DNA of 64,000 bases from an uncultured Alteromonadales bacterium (GCA_937864365.1 CALMJT010000190.1:12147-76146), one strand, 5' to 3'; shown: positions 49,356 to 61,696, counted from the first letter of the stretch. Notes: generated by a model from the sequence alone, not told the origin. Numbers and translations are program-made.

Positions 49356-50461
49356 TGAATAGTAATAACAATCACGCCGTAATTATGGCCGGTGGCACGG
49401 GCGGGCATATTTATCCTGCGTTAGCCGTTGCGAGGGAATTAATTGCCAGAGGTTGTTCGGTAACTTGGTTAGGTACTGAGCGCGGATTGGAATCGTCTTT
49501 AGTTCCTAAAGCTGGCATTGAGATCGATTACATAAAAATAGAAGGCGTACGTGGCAAAGGTTTGAAGAGTTTACTCAAGGCGCCTTTGTTAATTTTACAA
49601 GCCGTTTTACAAGCAAAGAAAATTTTGGCAAAGCGACACGCGAATATTGTTTTAGGTTTTGGAGGATTTGCTGCAGGCCCAGGTGGTGTGGCGGCAAAAT
49701 TATCCGGGATTCCATTAATTATTCACGAACAAAATGCTGTCGCTGGAACAACCAATAAGTTGTTGTCGCGAATTGCCAATAAAGTATTTACCGCTTTTCC
49801 GGGAGTATTCGCAAAAGCAAGTGTTGTTGGCAATCCAGTACGTGCTGAGATTTGCCAAGTTGATGATCCAAAACATCGTTGGGAAGCTTACCCGCCGGAA
49901 GAATTTCACTTGTTAATTCTTGGTGGCAGTTTAGGCGCGACAGCGTTAAATGAACAAACCGCCCAGGCTTTAGCGATTTTGACTGAACAAGACCCAGGCT
50001 TCTGTAAAAAGATTCGAGTTTTGCATCAGTGCGGTGGTAAAAATTTTGACGAGACGGTAAAAGCCTACGAAAAAGTCAATCTTTCGTTGGGCGAAAGTAT
50101 TCAGGTGCAACCATATATCGACGATATGCCGCAGGCCTATGCTTGGGCACATTTTATTATTTGTCGTTCGGGCGCATTAACTGTTTCGGAATTAGCCGCT
50201 GCTGGTTGTGCTGCTTTGATGGTGCCATTTCCTCATGCGATAGATGATCATCAAACTCAGAATGCAAAATGGTTGGTAGATGCGGGCGCTGGAAAATTGT
50301 GTCAGCAAAAAGATTTAAACCCAGAACGATTTGCGCAAGAAATTAAGTCTGCATTTAGCGACTTTAAACAATTATTAGAAATGGCTAACCGTGCGCGACA
50401 ACTCGCACAGGTTGATGCAGCCGAAACTTTAGCGGTTGCAAGTTTAGAGGAAGCTCGATAA
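49352..50461 (+). CDS. murG: Undecaprenyl-PP-MurNAc-pentapeptide GlcNAc transferase
   Basis: [31 protein letters not shown] and DDHQ..NA motifs. Confidence 0.97.
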   Translation: MMNSNNNHAVIMAGGTGGHIYPALAVARELIARGCSVTWLGTERGLESSLVPKAGIEIDYIKIEGVRGKGLKSLLKAPLLILQAVLQAKKILAKRHANIVLGFGGFAAGPGGVAAKLSGIPLIIHEQNAVAGTTNKLLSRIANKVFTAFPGVFAKASVVGNPVRAEICQVDDPKHRWEAYPPEEFHLLILGGSLGATALNEQTAQALAILTEQDPGFCKKIRVLHQCGGKNFDETVKAYEKVNLSLGESIQVQPYIDDMPQAYAWAHFIICRSGALTVSELAAAGCAALMVPFPHAIDDHQTQNAKWLVDAGAGKLCQQKDLNPERFAQEIKSAFSDFKQLLEMANRARQLAQVDAAETLAVASLEEAR

Positions 50462-51891
50462 TGCCGGCAGGAAACTCCACCTTAATTAATCAGGTACCAG
50501 AAATGCGCCGTATTCGACGTATTCATTTTATTGGTATCGGTGGTGCGGGCATGTGTGGTATTGCCGAAGTACTATTGAATCAAGGTTATCAGATAACGGG
50601 CTCTGATTTAAAAGCGTCTGATGTAACTCAGCGATTATCCGATTTGGGCGCAAAAATATTTATCGGGCATCACGGTGCTAATGTGGTTGGTGCCGACGTT
50701 GTTGTTAATTCCACGGCGATTGATTCATCCAACCCAGAATTAATCAGCGCCCGAGAATACCGCATTCCTGTGGTTAGACGTGCTGAAATGTTGGGCGAAT
50801 TAATGCGCTATCGCCACGGTATTGCTGTGGCGGGAACTCATGGAAAAACAACCACTACCAGTTTTGTTGCGTCTATATTCGCTGCCGCAGAACGCGACCC
50901 CACATTCGTTATTGGTGGATTATTAAATAGCGCAGGTACTAACGCCCAATTAGGTCAGAGCCGCTACTTAATTGCAGAGGCAGACGAAAGTGACGCGTCA
51001 TTTTTACACTTGCAACCGATGGTTGCGGTTGTAACCAATATCGACGCCGATCACATGGATACTTACGAAGGTGATTTTTCTCGTCTAAAAAAGACCTTTG
51101 TGGAGTTTTTACACAATTTACCGTTTTACGGTTTAGCGGTTTTGTGCGGTGACGATGACGTTGTCAGCGAAATAATTCCAGACGTCGCAAGACCAGTGTT
51201 GACCTATGGCTTAAATGCAAACTGTGATTTTCGAGCTATCGATATTCAGCAAGAAGCGATGACAACACGGTTTAAGGTAGAAATTCCTGATCGTAACGAA
51301 CCGTTAGAAATATTTTTGAATATGCCTGGCAAACACAATGTGTTGAATGCTTTAGCTGCAATTGCGGTTGCTGTAGATGAAGGCATTAGTGATGAAGCTA
51401 TTCAAAAAGGATTATCGGGATTTTCCGGTGTTGGTCGTCGCTTCCAAGTTTTCGGCGAGCTAGAGATCAACGAAGGGAGTGCGATGTTGGTGGACGATTA
51501 TGGTCATCACCCTCGTGAAGTACAGGCGACTATTAATGCCGTTCGTTCAGGTTGGCCAGAACGTCGATTAGTAATGATTTATCAGCCACATCGATACACG
51601 CGCACACGCGATTTATTCGAGGATTTTGTAGAAGTTCTTTCTACGGTAGATGTGTTGATTTTGTTAGAAGTGTACAGCGCCGGAGAAGAAGCTATTACCG
51701 GAGCCGATGGACGACATTTAAGCCGCAGTATTCGACTCCGCGGTCAGGTAGACCCCATTTTTGTAAAAAGTATTGAAGGTGTTCCAGAAGTTATCAGAGA
51801 AATTGTTCAACCCGGAGATATTGTAATTACTCAGGGTGCAGGAAATGTTGGAACACTGGCTAAAGAATTAGTGAAGCGCAAGCTGAAGTAG
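50461..51891 (+). CDS. murC: UDP-MurNAc:L-Ala ligase
   Basis: [26 protein letters not shown] and DDYGHHP motifs. Confidence 0.98.
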   Translation: MPAGNSTLINQVPEMRRIRRIHFIGIGGAGMCGIAEVLLNQGYQITGSDLKASDVTQRLSDLGAKIFIGHHGANVVGADVVVNSTAIDSSNPELISAREYRIPVVRRAEMLGELMRYRHGIAVAGTHGKTTTTSFVASIFAAAERDPTFVIGGLLNSAGTNAQLGQSRYLIAEADESDASFLHLQPMVAVVTNIDADHMDTYEGDFSRLKKTFVEFLHNLPFYGLAVLCGDDDVVSEIIPDVARPVLTYGLNANCDFRAIDIQQEAMTTRFKVEIPDRNEPLEIFLNMPGKHNVLNALAAIAVAVDEGISDEAIQKGLSGFSGVGRRFQVFGELEINEGSAMLVDDYGHHPREVQATINAVRSGWPERRLVMIYQPHRYTRTRDLFEDFVEVLSTVDVLILLEVYSAGEEAITGADGRHLSRSIRLRGQVDPIFVKSIEGVPEVIREIVQPGDIVITQGAGNVGTLAKELVKRKLK

Positions 51892-51904
51892 GCGTTTGAA
51901 ATTT

Positions 51905-52828
51905 ATGTCTGTTGAACTGCAAAATAAATTTGGTCGCGTTGGTGTTTTGTACGGCGGTATGTCTGCTGAAAGAGAAGTTTCTCTTGAAAGCGGACAGGCC
52001 GTTTATAAAGCATTACAAGGTTTAGGATTAGATGTTGTCGCGATCGATGTGCAAGAAAAAGCCGTAGAAAATATTATGGCAGCGGCGATGGATCGAGCTT
52101 TTATTGCACTACATGGTAAAGGTGGCGAAGACGGAACCATTCAAGGTTTGCTGGAGTTTTTAAATATTCCCTACACCGGTAGCGGTGTACAAGCGTCTGC
52201 TCTTGCGATGGATAAATTGAAATGCAAACACATTTGGCGATCGCTAGCGTTACCAACTCCTATTTTTGTCGAATTAAATGAGAATAGCGATTGGCAGGTA
52301 ACAATGGAGGCGTTAAACGGCGCAGCCATGGTTAAACCGGCTCACGAAGGCTCTAGCATCGGAATGTCATTGGTACATTCGGCGGAAGAATTAAAAAACG
52401 CCTATGAGTTGGCGAGCAAATTCGATTCTAAAGTATTTGCTGAGCAATTAATCGTTGGTGCGGAATATACGGTTGCTATCTTATCGGGTCAGAGTTTGCC
52501 GGCAATTAAACTTGAGACAGACAATGTATTTTACGACTACGACGCAAAGTACATTTCGGAAGATACGCGATATTTAATTCCATGCGGTTTGTCTGATGAG
52601 AAACAGTCTGAGTTATCACAGCTGAGCGTTAAAGCTTTTGAAAGTATTGACGGTAAAGGTTGGGGCCGAGTTGATTTTATGGCCGATGACAAAGGTAATT
52701 TTTATTTGTTAGAAGTCAATACAGTTCCCGGTATGACCAGCCACAGTTTAGTGCCAATGGCTGCTCGCGCTTCAGGAAAAGATTTTGGACAATTGTGTCT
52801 TGCTATTCTCGAAGAAACATTGAGGTAA
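51905..52828 (+). CDS. ddlB: D-Ala-D-Ala ligase
   Basis: GG.SAEREVS, LHGKGGEDG, GSSIG, DYDAKY and EVNTVPGMT motifs; ATG at 51905 (track starts at TTG 51896). Confidence 0.97.
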   Translation: MSVELQNKFGRVGVLYGGMSAEREVSLESGQAVYKALQGLGLDVVAIDVQEKAVENIMAAAMDRAFIALHGKGGEDGTIQGLLEFLNIPYTGSGVQASALAMDKLKCKHIWRSLALPTPIFVELNENSDWQVTMEALNGAAMVKPAHEGSSIGMSLVHSAEELKNAYELASKFDSKVFAEQLIVGAEYTVAILSGQSLPAIKLETDNVFYDYDAKYISEDTRYLIPCGLSDEKQSELSQLSVKAFESIDGKGWGRVDFMADDKGNFYLLEVNTVPGMTSHSLVPMAARASGKDFGQLCLAILEETLR

Positions 52829-52834
52829 AAACGA

Positions 52835-53695
52835 GTGACGACTGCAGTTCTGGATAGAACGTCACAAACACATTTTAAGCGTGAAAGCTCTCGTGTAAAA
52901 AATAAAACTGGAGCAACGCGAAAGAAACGTCGTTCTACAAGTAACGGCGAAAGCTCTTTTAGTGGAGCTGTATTGTTAGCATGGATCATTCGCATTTGCG
53001 TGTTTTCTATGCTTATAGTTGGTGCGATATTTATTGGTGTTTTTATACGCGAAAAGGTCACGGAGATTACAGATAGGTCGGTGACAGCGGTTTTAATCGA
53101 TGGTGAATTAAAACAGGTATCCGTCGCGGATTTAGAGCGTTTAGTTGCGCCATTGGTTGATGAAAGTTTTTTAAGCTTGGACTTGAATGCCCTTAAAAAA
53201 CAACTAGAGCAAGACCCTTGGATTGCGCAGGTAACACTGTCTAGGCAATGGCCGGATAAGCTTCGTGTTGCTGTTGTTGAAGAAACCGCAATCGCGCGCT
53301 GGGGAGACACTGGTTTTTTAAACCCAGCAGGTGAAAAAATTATTATTGGTGATAACTCCGCGTTGAGTAATTTACCTCGTTTAAGTGGACCTACAGACTC
53401 GGAAATAAAAGTCGCTGAGGCGTTTATGAGCTTCAGTAAAATATTGTCCAATGAAGGTTTGCATCCAACTCAGCTTGAGTTAACCATTGACCACAGTTGG
53501 CAAATGATTTTAAGCAATGGTCTTAAAATTAAATTAGGGAAAAAAAATCTGGAATCTCGACTTGAAAGACTAATTACTGTCTACCAAGCTGATTTAAACG
53601 ATAAAGTAGAAAATATAAACACCATCGATTTACGTTATACCAACGGTATCGCGGTTAGTTGGAATGAAAAGCGAGATAATTCTCTCGAACGCTAG
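52835..53695 (+). CDS. ftsQ: Cell division protein FtsQ
   Basis: Basic cytoplasmic tail, TM, POTRA domain (PWI..V...RQWPD.L.V.V.E) and IDLRYTNGIAV. Confidence 0.95.
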   Translation: MTTAVLDRTSQTHFKRESSRVKNKTGATRKKRRSTSNGESSFSGAVLLAWIIRICVFSMLIVGAIFIGVFIREKVTEITDRSVTAVLIDGELKQVSVADLERLVAPLVDESFLSLDLNALKKQLEQDPWIAQVTLSRQWPDKLRVAVVEETAIARWGDTGFLNPAGEKIIIGDNSALSNLPRLSGPTDSEIKVAEAFMSFSKILSNEGLHPTQLELTIDHSWQMILSNGLKIKLGKKNLESRLERLITVYQADLNDKVENINTIDLRYTNGIAVSWNEKRDNSLER

Positions 53696-53740
53696 TAGTT
53701 TCTTGTTTAGAAAAATTATTTACACAAAGGTTTATTAAAG

Positions 53741-54973
53741 ATGGCGCAAGCCCACGACAACCGAATGATTGTTGGTCTCGATATTGGCACCTCGAAAGTG
53801 GTGGCAATCGTGGGTGAAGTATCGCCTGATGGTGACCTAGAAATTATAGGTATCGGCTCTCACAGATCTAACGGATTGAAAAAAGGCGTTGTAGTTAATA
53901 TTGAGTCTACAGTGCAATCAATTCAGCGTGCTATTGAAGAAGCTGAATTAATGGCGGGTTGCCAAATACATTCCGTATACGCAGGTATTGCTGGCAGTCA
54001 CATTAATAGCTTGAATTCACACGGCATTGTTGCCATTAAAGATCGTGAAGTTTTAGACCAAGATTTGGAACGTGTTATCGATGCAGCTCAGGCTGTGGCA
54101 ATTCCAGCGGATCAAAAAATCCTGCACATACTGCCGCAGGAATATTTAATCGACGATCAAGAAGGTGTTAAAGAACCTTTAGGTATGTCGGGAGTTCGAC
54201 TCGAAGCAAAAGTACACTTAGTAACCTGTGCAGTAAACGCGGCACAGAATATAGAAAAATGTATTCGTCGCTGCGGATTAGAAGTCGAAGATATTATTTT
54301 AGAGCAGCTTGCATCCAGCTATTCGGTATTAACTGAAGACGAAAAAGAGCTTGGTGTGTGTTTGGTTGATATTGGTGGCGGCACTACAGATATCGCAGTA
54401 TTTAGTGAAGGTGCAATTCGTCATACCGGTGTTATCCCTATTGCTGGTGATCAGGTAACTAACGATATTGCGATGGCGTTACGCACTCCAACACCTCACG
54501 CTGAAGAAATTAAAATTAAATACGCTTGCGCGCTCGCTAAACTCACAGGCGATGATGAAAGCATAAAGGTACCAAGTGTTGGCGATCGCAAACCTCGTGA
54601 TTTATCTCGTCAGGCTTTAGCCGAGGTTGTTGAGCCTCGCTACGATGAATTATTTACCTTGGTGCAAGCGGAGCTGCGACGCAGTGGTTATGAAGATTTA
54701 GTAGCGGCGGGAATCGTTTTGACCGGAGGTACTGCCAAAATGGAAGGTGCTGTGGAATTAGCCGAAGAAATTTTCCATATGCCTGTACGTTTAGGTGCAC
54801 CACAAAATATTCGCGGTTTAACGGATATTGTTGATAACCCAATTTATTCCACCGGTGTTGGACTTTTATTGTACGGATTAAAAGCTCAAGCCAGTGGCGG
54901 AGAGCGCGTTGCGGAAAAAAATTCCAATAATTTATGGGGCAGAATTAAAAAGTGGTTTGATTCAAATATGTAA
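53741..54973 (+). CDS. ftsA: Cell division protein FtsA
   Basis: GLDIGTSK, DIGGGTTD, VLTGG and the C-terminal amphipathic helix WGRIKKWF. Confidence 0.98.
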   Translation: MAQAHDNRMIVGLDIGTSKVVAIVGEVSPDGDLEIIGIGSHRSNGLKKGVVVNIESTVQSIQRAIEEAELMAGCQIHSVYAGIAGSHINSLNSHGIVAIKDREVLDQDLERVIDAAQAVAIPADQKILHILPQEYLIDDQEGVKEPLGMSGVRLEAKVHLVTCAVNAAQNIEKCIRRCGLEVEDIILEQLASSYSVLTEDEKELGVCLVDIGGGTTDIAVFSEGAIRHTGVIPIAGDQVTNDIAMALRTPTPHAEEIKIKYACALAKLTGDDESIKVPSVGDRKPRDLSRQALAEVVEPRYDELFTLVQAELRRSGYEDLVAAGIVLTGGTAKMEGAVELAEEIFHMPVRLGAPQNIRGLTDIVDNPIYSTGVGLLLYGLKAQASGGERVAEKNSNNLWGRIKKWFDSNM

Positions 54974-55047
54974 GTACCGAATTTGTTTTTGAAAAAGTTC
55001 ATCAGGGCAAAGCAAAAAAATTTAATTAAAATTAGAGAGGGGACGTT

Positions 55048-56256
55048 ATGTTTGAGCTGGTTGACAGCATTCCTCAGAATGCAGTGATTAAAGTGATTGG
55101 AGTTGGTGGCGGTGGCGGTAATGCCGTCAAGCACATGATTCAAAGCGATATTGAAGGCGTAGAATTTATTTGTGCAAACACCGACGCTCAAGCACTTAAA
55201 AATGTTGACACTAAAACAGTCTTACAGTTAGGTCAGGGTATGACCAAAGGTCTTGGCGCTGGTGCGAATCCAGATGTGGGTCGCCAAGCTGCAATGGAAG
55301 ATCGTGATCGAATTGCTGAAGTGTTAAATGGTGCCGACATGGTATTCATCACCGCTGGCATGGGCGGTGGTACTGGTACCGGTGGTGCTCCAGTGGTAGC
55401 AGAAATTGCTCGCGAAATGGGAATTTTAACGGTTGCGGTTGTGACCAAGCCTTTCCCATTTGAAGGTAAAAAGCGCATGAAAATAGCCGAGCTAGGTATT
55501 GCCGAGCTTGAAGAACGAGTGGATTCGCTGATTACCATTCCAAATGAAAAATTATTGTCTGTGTTGGGTAGTTCAACGTCTTTGTTAGACGCTTTCAAAG
55601 CAGCTAACGATGTTTTATTAGGTGCTGTGCAAGGTATCGCAGATTTGATTATTCGTCCTGGAATGATCAACGTCGATTTTGCAGACGTTCGCACTGTAAT
55701 GTCTGAAATGGGTATGGCAATGATGGGTACCGGTTTTGCGAAAGGTGAAAACCGTGCTCGTGAAGCCGCCGAAGCTGCCATCCGTAGTCCTTTATTGGAT
55801 GACATTAATCTTGAAGGCGCCCGAGGCATCTTGGTTAACATCACCGCAGGTATGGATTTATCCTTGGGTGAATTCTCCGAAGTGGGTGACACCATTGAAG
55901 AATTTGCATCTGGTGATGCAACTGTGGTTGTTGGAACTGTTATCGATCCAGATATGTCTGGTGAGCTTCGCGTTACTGTTGTGGCAACTGGTTTGACGAA
56001 TATTTCTGAGGTCGCTGCCGCGAAACCTGCGCAAGTAAGCAAAGTTATTGATAACTCTATTGCAAATACTTTAGCGAAACCCGATTACAACAGCTTAGAT
56101 CGTCCTACTGTTATGCGTAAGCAACAGTCAACTCGTGTTTCTGCGGGTAACGGTCAGTCGGCAATGGGTGCTGCGGTTCAGAAACCAAAACCAATGGATG
56201 ACAAAGATCTCGAATATCTTGATATTCCAGCATTTTTACGTCGCCAAGCAGATTAA
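55048..56256 (+). CDS. ftsZ: Cell division protein FtsZ
   Basis: GGGTGTG tubulin signature, NVDFADV and the C-terminal core [12 protein letters not shown]. Confidence 0.99.
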   Translation: MFELVDSIPQNAVIKVIGVGGGGGNAVKHMIQSDIEGVEFICANTDAQALKNVDTKTVLQLGQGMTKGLGAGANPDVGRQAAMEDRDRIAEVLNGADMVFITAGMGGGTGTGGAPVVAEIAREMGILTVAVVTKPFPFEGKKRMKIAELGIAELEERVDSLITIPNEKLLSVLGSSTSLLDAFKAANDVLLGAVQGIADLIIRPGMINVDFADVRTVMSEMGMAMMGTGFAKGENRAREAAEAAIRSPLLDDINLEGARGILVNITAGMDLSLGEFSEVGDTIEEFASGDATVVVGTVIDPDMSGELRVTVVATGLTNISEVAAAKPAQVSKVIDNSIANTLAKPDYNSLDRPTVMRKQQSTRVSAGNGQSAMGAAVQKPKPMDDKDLEYLDIPAFLRRQAD

Positions 56257-56451
56257 AACTCGCTTGATTTGACAGGGAAGGCGTATTTCTGCCCAACTTA
56301 TCCGAACTAAGCAATTTATATTCGGTCTGTTGGGCTGGCATTCAGGTGTTTGTTGTCACTATAACAACTCTGGTAACATTGCCGTCAATTTTTACTTAGT
56401 ACCAAAATTACAATCATGGTTTTGGTACGCTATTGGAGTTTCGTCTTCTCG

Positions 56452-57366
56452 ATGATCAAACAGCGAACTTTAAAAAACGCAATTCGCGCAACAGGTGTTG
56501 GTTTACACACCGGTGAAAAAGTCTATTTAACACTTAAGCCTGCTCCTGTTGATACGGGGATTATTTTCCGCAGAACAGACATAGAGCCAAATGTTGATAT
56601 ATTGGCAAATGCAGAGAACGTAGGCGACACGACCCTCTCTACCACCCTGATGAAAGGTGATGTTCGTGTTTCTACAGTTGAGCATTTATTGTCTGCGATG
56701 GCAGGCTTAGGTGTAGACAACGCAATTGTGGAAGTGAGTTCGTCAGAAGTTCCTATTATGGACGGTAGCGCTGGCCCGTTTGTATTTTTAATCCAGTCGG
56801 CTGGTATACAAGAACAGCCTGCGGCGAAAAAATTCATTCGTATCAAGCGTAAAGTCTAGATATCTGAAGGCGACAAGGTTGCGGAGTTTTTGCCATTTGA
56901 TGGCTTCAAGGTATCTTTTAGTATCGATTTCGATCATCCGGTCTTTAAAGATCGCGTTGCGCGAGCAGAGGTTGACTTCTCTAGCACCTCATTCGTTAAA
57001 GAAGTTAGCCGAGCTAGAACGTTTGGCTTTACTCGAGACTTTGAATACCTTCGCTCTAAAGGTTTGGCCAAAGGCGGTAGTGTCGATAACGCCATTGTTG
57101 TTGATCAGTACCGAATTCTTAACGAAGACGGTTTGCGTTACGAAGATGAATTCGTAAAACATAAAATATTAGACGCCATTGGTGACTTGTATTTGTTGGG
57201 TAACAGTTTAATTGGTGAATTCCGAGCTCATAAATCGGGCCATGCTTTAAACAATAAGTTACTGCGCGAATTGTTGAAGCAGGAAAACGCTTGGGAAGTT
57301 GTTACGTTCGAAGAAGAGCAAAGTGCTCCAATTTCGTACATTAAGCCTATCATGGCTGCTTCTTAA
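56452..57366 (+). pseudogene. lpxC: LpxC (UDP-3-O-acyl-GlcNAc deacetylase) interrupted by one in-frame TAG at 56857-56859; pseudogene, read-through or base-call error unresolved
   Basis: The two track ORFs (56416-56859, 56890-57366) are in the same frame and read ...[26 protein letters not shown]...; VEHLLSA, HKILD and KSGH motifs are intact. Confidence 0.9.
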
Positions 57367-57382
57367 CGGATTTTTTTGAAAT

Positions 57383-57412
57383 TGGGGTAGGTTGATCATC
57401 ACTACCCCATTT
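57383..57412 (+). terminator. Probable terminator after lpxC
   Basis: TGGGGTAG-11 nt-CTACCCCA followed by TTT. Confidence 0.5.
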
Positions 57413-57896
57413 AATGGAATACACTCAGCTAATTCACTTCAGATGATTTCTCCACCAGAGCACGCTGTCTAGGTTTTTCAGTTGCACACTTCAATGGTTT
57501 TCTCAGGTTCAGCCATATATTAGGCGTTGAGAATGATAACCTTGTCACAAATAAAAACATTGCTACACGATATCTCGTAAACTCTTGAGATTTCTTTAGA
57601 GATTTGAACCTGTATTGACCATAATTTCATGTCATAGATAAATTTTGCTGGAAATTTATTCAAGTATTAGTTTTCACGAATTTCTATAATACCGATTTAA
57701 TACCATCGGAGTAGTTGTCACTGGCAACACCTTTTGGCATTATCTCAGGCCATAAATGTATGGCTGTTTCAGTATCAACCGTTATAAGTATCGTTAACAC
57801 GCAGAAATTTCTGTAGTTAACGTTAGTTTTATTGCATATACCTTCGGTTGAATAGGTAATTGGTTTCTTGATTAGGGTTTTTCAGCTTTGTAAGTT

Positions 57897-58835
57897 ATGA
57901 AAATTATTGTTGTCGGAAAAAACAAAGCCACGAAAACCTATACAGTGAGTGGTTGGACTCGCGCGGTTTTATCGATTTGCTTGCTCGGTATGCCTTTAGG
58001 TGTTGGCGCTTATCTGGGCAACCTAGTATCGTCTACTAACGGCTCCGACATTTTAGATCATGAAACTACCGCCGCTTGGAAAGCCTCCCTCGATCAACAA
58101 AAAGAATCTATTGAAGAAAGTAAGCGTGAAGCCAGTGAAAACATAGCGGCGCTTACTTTACGAATGGCTGAACTCCAAGCTCGACTGGTTCGCTTAGATG
58201 CTCTTGGTGAGCGACTGACTACGGTTGCTAGTCTTGATGCCGGTGAGTTTGATTTTAGTCAGCAACCCGCACTGGGTGGTCCCGAACTTCCGGGTGATGA
58301 AGGTAACAGCACATTTGTTCCCCCCAGTTTTGTCGATGTTATCGACGACCTAGCCAAACAAATTGAAGATCGAGAGCAACAGTTAGAAACATTAGAAGCT
58401 CTGATCGCAAATCGAAAAATTCAAAACGATGTCTTTATTGCTGGCCGACCTATTAAAAAAGGTTGGATGTCTTCCCGCTTTGGCAGACGAACAGATCCCT
58501 TCAATGGCGGCATTTCTTGGCACAGCGGCGTTGATTTCGCCGGTCAGTTAAATTCTGAAGTTGTAGCGGTCGCCTCTGGTGTTGTAACTTGGTCCAGTGA
58601 GCGCAGCGGTTATGGCCAGTTGGTTGAAATTAACCATGGCTCGGGTTTTTCTACCCGCTACGCGCACAATAGCGAAAATCTCGTAAAAGTTGGCGACGTC
58701 GTCAAAAAAGGACAGACAGTTGCCTTAATGGGAAGCAGTGGTAGGTCAACAGGTCCCCATGTGCATTTTGAAGTGTACAAAAATGGCCGCGCTGTTGACC
58801 CTTCTTCTTATATTCACCGAACTCATCGGAAGTAA
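57897..58835 (+). CDS. M23-family metallopeptidase with N-terminal TM/coiled coil
   Basis: HSGVDF (HxxxD), YAHN and STGPHVHFEV (HxH) motifs; conserved position before secA. Confidence 0.92.
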   Translation: MKIIVVGKNKATKTYTVSGWTRAVLSICLLGMPLGVGAYLGNLVSSTNGSDILDHETTAAWKASLDQQKESIEESKREASENIAALTLRMAELQARLVRLDALGERLTTVASLDAGEFDFSQQPALGGPELPGDEGNSTFVPPSFVDVIDDLAKQIEDREQQLETLEALIANRKIQNDVFIAGRPIKKGWMSSRFGRRTDPFNGGISWHSGVDFAGQLNSEVVAVASGVVTWSSERSGYGQLVEINHGSGFSTRYAHNSENLVKVGDVVKKGQTVALMGSSGRSTGPHVHFEVYKNGRAVDPSSYIHRTHRK

Positions 58836-58929
58836 CCCTCCCTTTCGCTTGCTAACGTAAGCACCTTCCTGTTTACTGGCGCCCTTTGCTGGCCCATGTC
58901 GCCCTAATGGATTTTTTACGGAAATTGTA

Positions 58930-61665
58930 ATGATAGGTAATGTCTTTAAAGCCGTATTTGGCACGAAAAACGATCGTGAAATTAAGCGCATGAGGCGCAT
59001 AGTCACAAACATTAATGCGTTTGAAGACGAATACATAAAGCTCTCAGACGAGCAGATCAAAGAAAAAACAGTAGAATTTAAGCAGCGTTTTCAAAACGGT
59101 ACAACTCTCGATAGCTTGCTTCCTGAAGCTTTTGCTTTAGTGCGAGAAGCGGGTAAGCGAACCCTAGAGATGCGTCACTTTGATGTTCAGATGATTGGTG
59201 GAATTACGTTGCACGAAGGGCGTATTGCTGAAATGCGTACCGGTGAAGGTAAAACCCTAATGGCTACTCTGCCGGTGTATTTGAATGCATTGTCTGGCAA
59301 AGGTGTTCACGTCGTTACCGTGAATGATTACCTTGCTCGCCGTGACGCGGAATGGATGACTCCTCTTTACAACGCGTTAGGTATGGAAGTCGGCACAATC
59401 TATTCGATGCAAGACCCAACCGAGAAAAAACTAGCCTACGCGGCCGATATTACCTACGGAACTAACAATGAGTTTGGTTTCGATTATTTGCGCGACAACA
59501 TGGCATTGACGCTTTCCGATAAGGCTCAACGACCTCTTAATTTTGCTATTGTTGACGAAGTTGACTCTATTTTAATCGACGAAGCGCGAACACCACTGAT
59601 CATCTCCGGCGCTGCTCAAGACAGTTCGGCAATGTATCGCGCCATTAACCTTTTGATTCCTCTGCTTACACGTCAAGAGGAAGAAATCACAGAAGAAATG
59701 GATGCACAAGCGCTCGCAAACATTGGCCATTACTTTGTTGATGAAAAAAGTCGCAGTGTTGAATTGACTGAAGTTGGTCATCAGGAAGTTGAAAACCTTT
59801 TGGTTAGCAATGGTTTGCTTCAAGAAGGCGATAGTCTTTATTCACCGACCAATCTTGGCTTGTTGCATCATGTACACGCTGCGTTACGTGCACATTCTAT
59901 TTTCCAGAAAAACATTCATTACATCGTTCAAAACGGTCAGGTGATGCTAATCGATGAGCACACAGGTCGAACCATGCCTGGGCGTCGTTTATCGGAAGGC
60001 TTGCATCAAGCACTAGAAGCGAAAGAGGGTCTGCAAATTCAGGCAGAAAGCCAAACTCTTGCTTCGACAACCTTCCAAAATTATTTCCGTTTATACAACA
60101 AATTGTCGGGCATGACCGGTACAGCAGATACGGAAGCGGTTGAGTTTCACCAAATTTACGGCTTGGATGTGGTTGTAATTCCAACCAATAAACCCATTGC
60201 ACGTCAAGATTTGAACGATTTAGTCTTTTTATCGTTGGAAGAAAAGTACGATGCAATTGTTGAAGATATTAAAAGTTGTATCGAGAAGAAAGCACCTGTT
60301 TTAGTTGGTACAGCATCTATTGAAACCTCTGAAATTATGTCGGCTCGTTTGAAAAAGGCAGGAATTCAACATCAGGTTTTAAACGCCAAATTCCACGAAA
60401 AAGAAGCGGAGATTATCGCGCAAGCGGGTCGTCCGGGAGCCGTTACCATCGCTACTAACATGGCCGGCCGCGGTACCGATATTATGCTGGGTGGTAACTG
60501 GGAAGCAGAGGTTGCTCATTTAGAGAATCCAACCCAAGAGCAGATTGATGCGATTCGAGCAGATTGGCGAGAGCGTCACCAACAGGTTTTAGATTCTGGT
60601 GGCCTTCATATTATTGGTACAGAGCGTCACGAATCGCGTCGTATCGACAATCAGTTGCGTGGTCGTTCTGGTCGTCAAGGTGATCCCGGCGTAACCCGTT
60701 TTTATCTATCTCTTGAAGATAACCTAATGCGTATTTTTGCGTCCGATCGTGTACGCAGCATTATGAAAGCGATGGGGATGGAAAAAGGCGAAGCCATTGA
60801 AGCAAAAATGGTTAACAACGCCATTGAAAAAGCTCAGCGTAAAGTAGAAGGTCGAAACTTTGATATTCGTAAAGCGCTTCTGGAATACGATGATGTTGCT
60901 AACGATCAGCGTCAGGTTATTTATCGTCAACGTGATGAAATCCTTTCAGCGGATTCTATCTCTGACACAGTTAATGCGATTCGTGATGATGTTGTTGCCG
61001 ATTTATTCCGTACCTCCGTGCCGCCGCAAAGCGTTGAAGAGCAGTGGGATATTCCCGAGCTGGAGCGTAATCTAGAAGTAGAGCTCGGCATTAAGTTACC
61101 TGTTCAACAATGGCTCGACGAAGATAAGTCTTTGCATGAAGAGTCTTTGCTAGAGCGTATTCAAGCAACCGCAGAACAAGCCTGGAAAGAAAAAGCTGAG
61201 CTCTTTGGCGAGATCGTGGTGGATATTGAACGCCGAGTTATGCTGCAAGTATTGGACACTCTTTGGAAAGAGCATTTGGCGAATATGGACCATCTTCGTC
61301 AAGGCATTAACTTAAGAGCCTACGCTCAGCGTAATCCAAAACAAGAATACAAGCGTGAGTCTTTCGAGCTGTTCCAATCTTTGTTGGATAATGTGAAGCT
61401 TGAAGTCACTAAGATGCTTTTTAGAATTGAGCCTATCTCTCGTGAGCAAGTTGAGGAGATGGAGCGTCGCCAGCGAGAAATGCAAGAAAGTATGGCGATG
61501 TCCATGGAACATGCCGAAGCTAACGCTTTAGCCGAAGAATCCTCAGCTGATGATGCTTCAGGAATAGAGACGATGCGAAGAATGGAACCCAAAGTTGGTC
61601 GTAATGATCCTTGCCCTTGTGGTTCCGGCAAAAAATACAAACAATGTCATGGTCGATTAAGCTAA
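58930..61665 (+). CDS. secA: Preprotein translocase ATPase SecA
   Basis: [32 protein letters not shown] and C-terminal [13 protein letters not shown] motifs. Confidence 0.99.
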   Translation: MIGNVFKAVFGTKNDREIKRMRRIVTNINAFEDEYIKLSDEQIKEKTVEFKQRFQNGTTLDSLLPEAFALVREAGKRTLEMRHFDVQMIGGITLHEGRIAEMRTGEGKTLMATLPVYLNALSGKGVHVVTVNDYLARRDAEWMTPLYNALGMEVGTIYSMQDPTEKKLAYAADITYGTNNEFGFDYLRDNMALTLSDKAQRPLNFAIVDEVDSILIDEARTPLIISGAAQDSSAMYRAINLLIPLLTRQEEEITEEMDAQALANIGHYFVDEKSRSVELTEVGHQEVENLLVSNGLLQEGDSLYSPTNLGLLHHVHAALRAHSIFQKNIHYIVQNGQVMLIDEHTGRTMPGRRLSEGLHQALEAKEGLQIQAESQTLASTTFQNYFRLYNKLSGMTGTADTEAVEFHQIYGLDVVVIPTNKPIARQDLNDLVFLSLEEKYDAIVEDIKSCIEKKAPVLVGTASIETSEIMSARLKKAGIQHQVLNAKFHEKEAEIIAQAGRPGAVTIATNMAGRGTDIMLGGNWEAEVAHLENPTQEQIDAIRADWRERHQQVLDSGGLHIIGTERHESRRIDNQLRGRSGRQGDPGVTRFYLSLEDNLMRIFASDRVRSIMKAMGMEKGEAIEAKMVNNAIEKAQRKVEGRNFDIRKALLEYDDVANDQRQVIYRQRDEILSADSISDTVNAIRDDVVADLFRTSVPPQSVEEQWDIPELERNLEVELGIKLPVQQWLDEDKSLHEESLLERIQATAEQAWKEKAELFGEIVVDIERRVMLQVLDTLWKEHLANMDHLRQGINLRAYAQRNPKQEYKRESFELFQSLLDNVKLEVTKMLFRIEPISREQVEEMERRQREMQESMAMSMEHAEANALAEESSADDASGIETMRRMEPKVGRNDPCPCGSGKKYKQCHGRLS

Positions 61666-61696
61666 AATTAATAGCTATTGATCACAGCAAACTCAG

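Noticed and set aside
55233-56042. 269-aa antisense ORF inside ftsZ (also 52702-53451 over ftsQ, 6190-6651 over lptA, and many shorter ones)
   Set aside because: They lie wholly opposite highly conserved genes, have no recognisable motifs, and are the expected shadow of codon bias
56857-56859. Genome-wide amber recoding or a Pyl/Sec-type signal explaining the lpxC TAG
   Set aside because: TAG terminates many intact genes in this window at their normal ends, and only a 5-bp hairpin follows the codon
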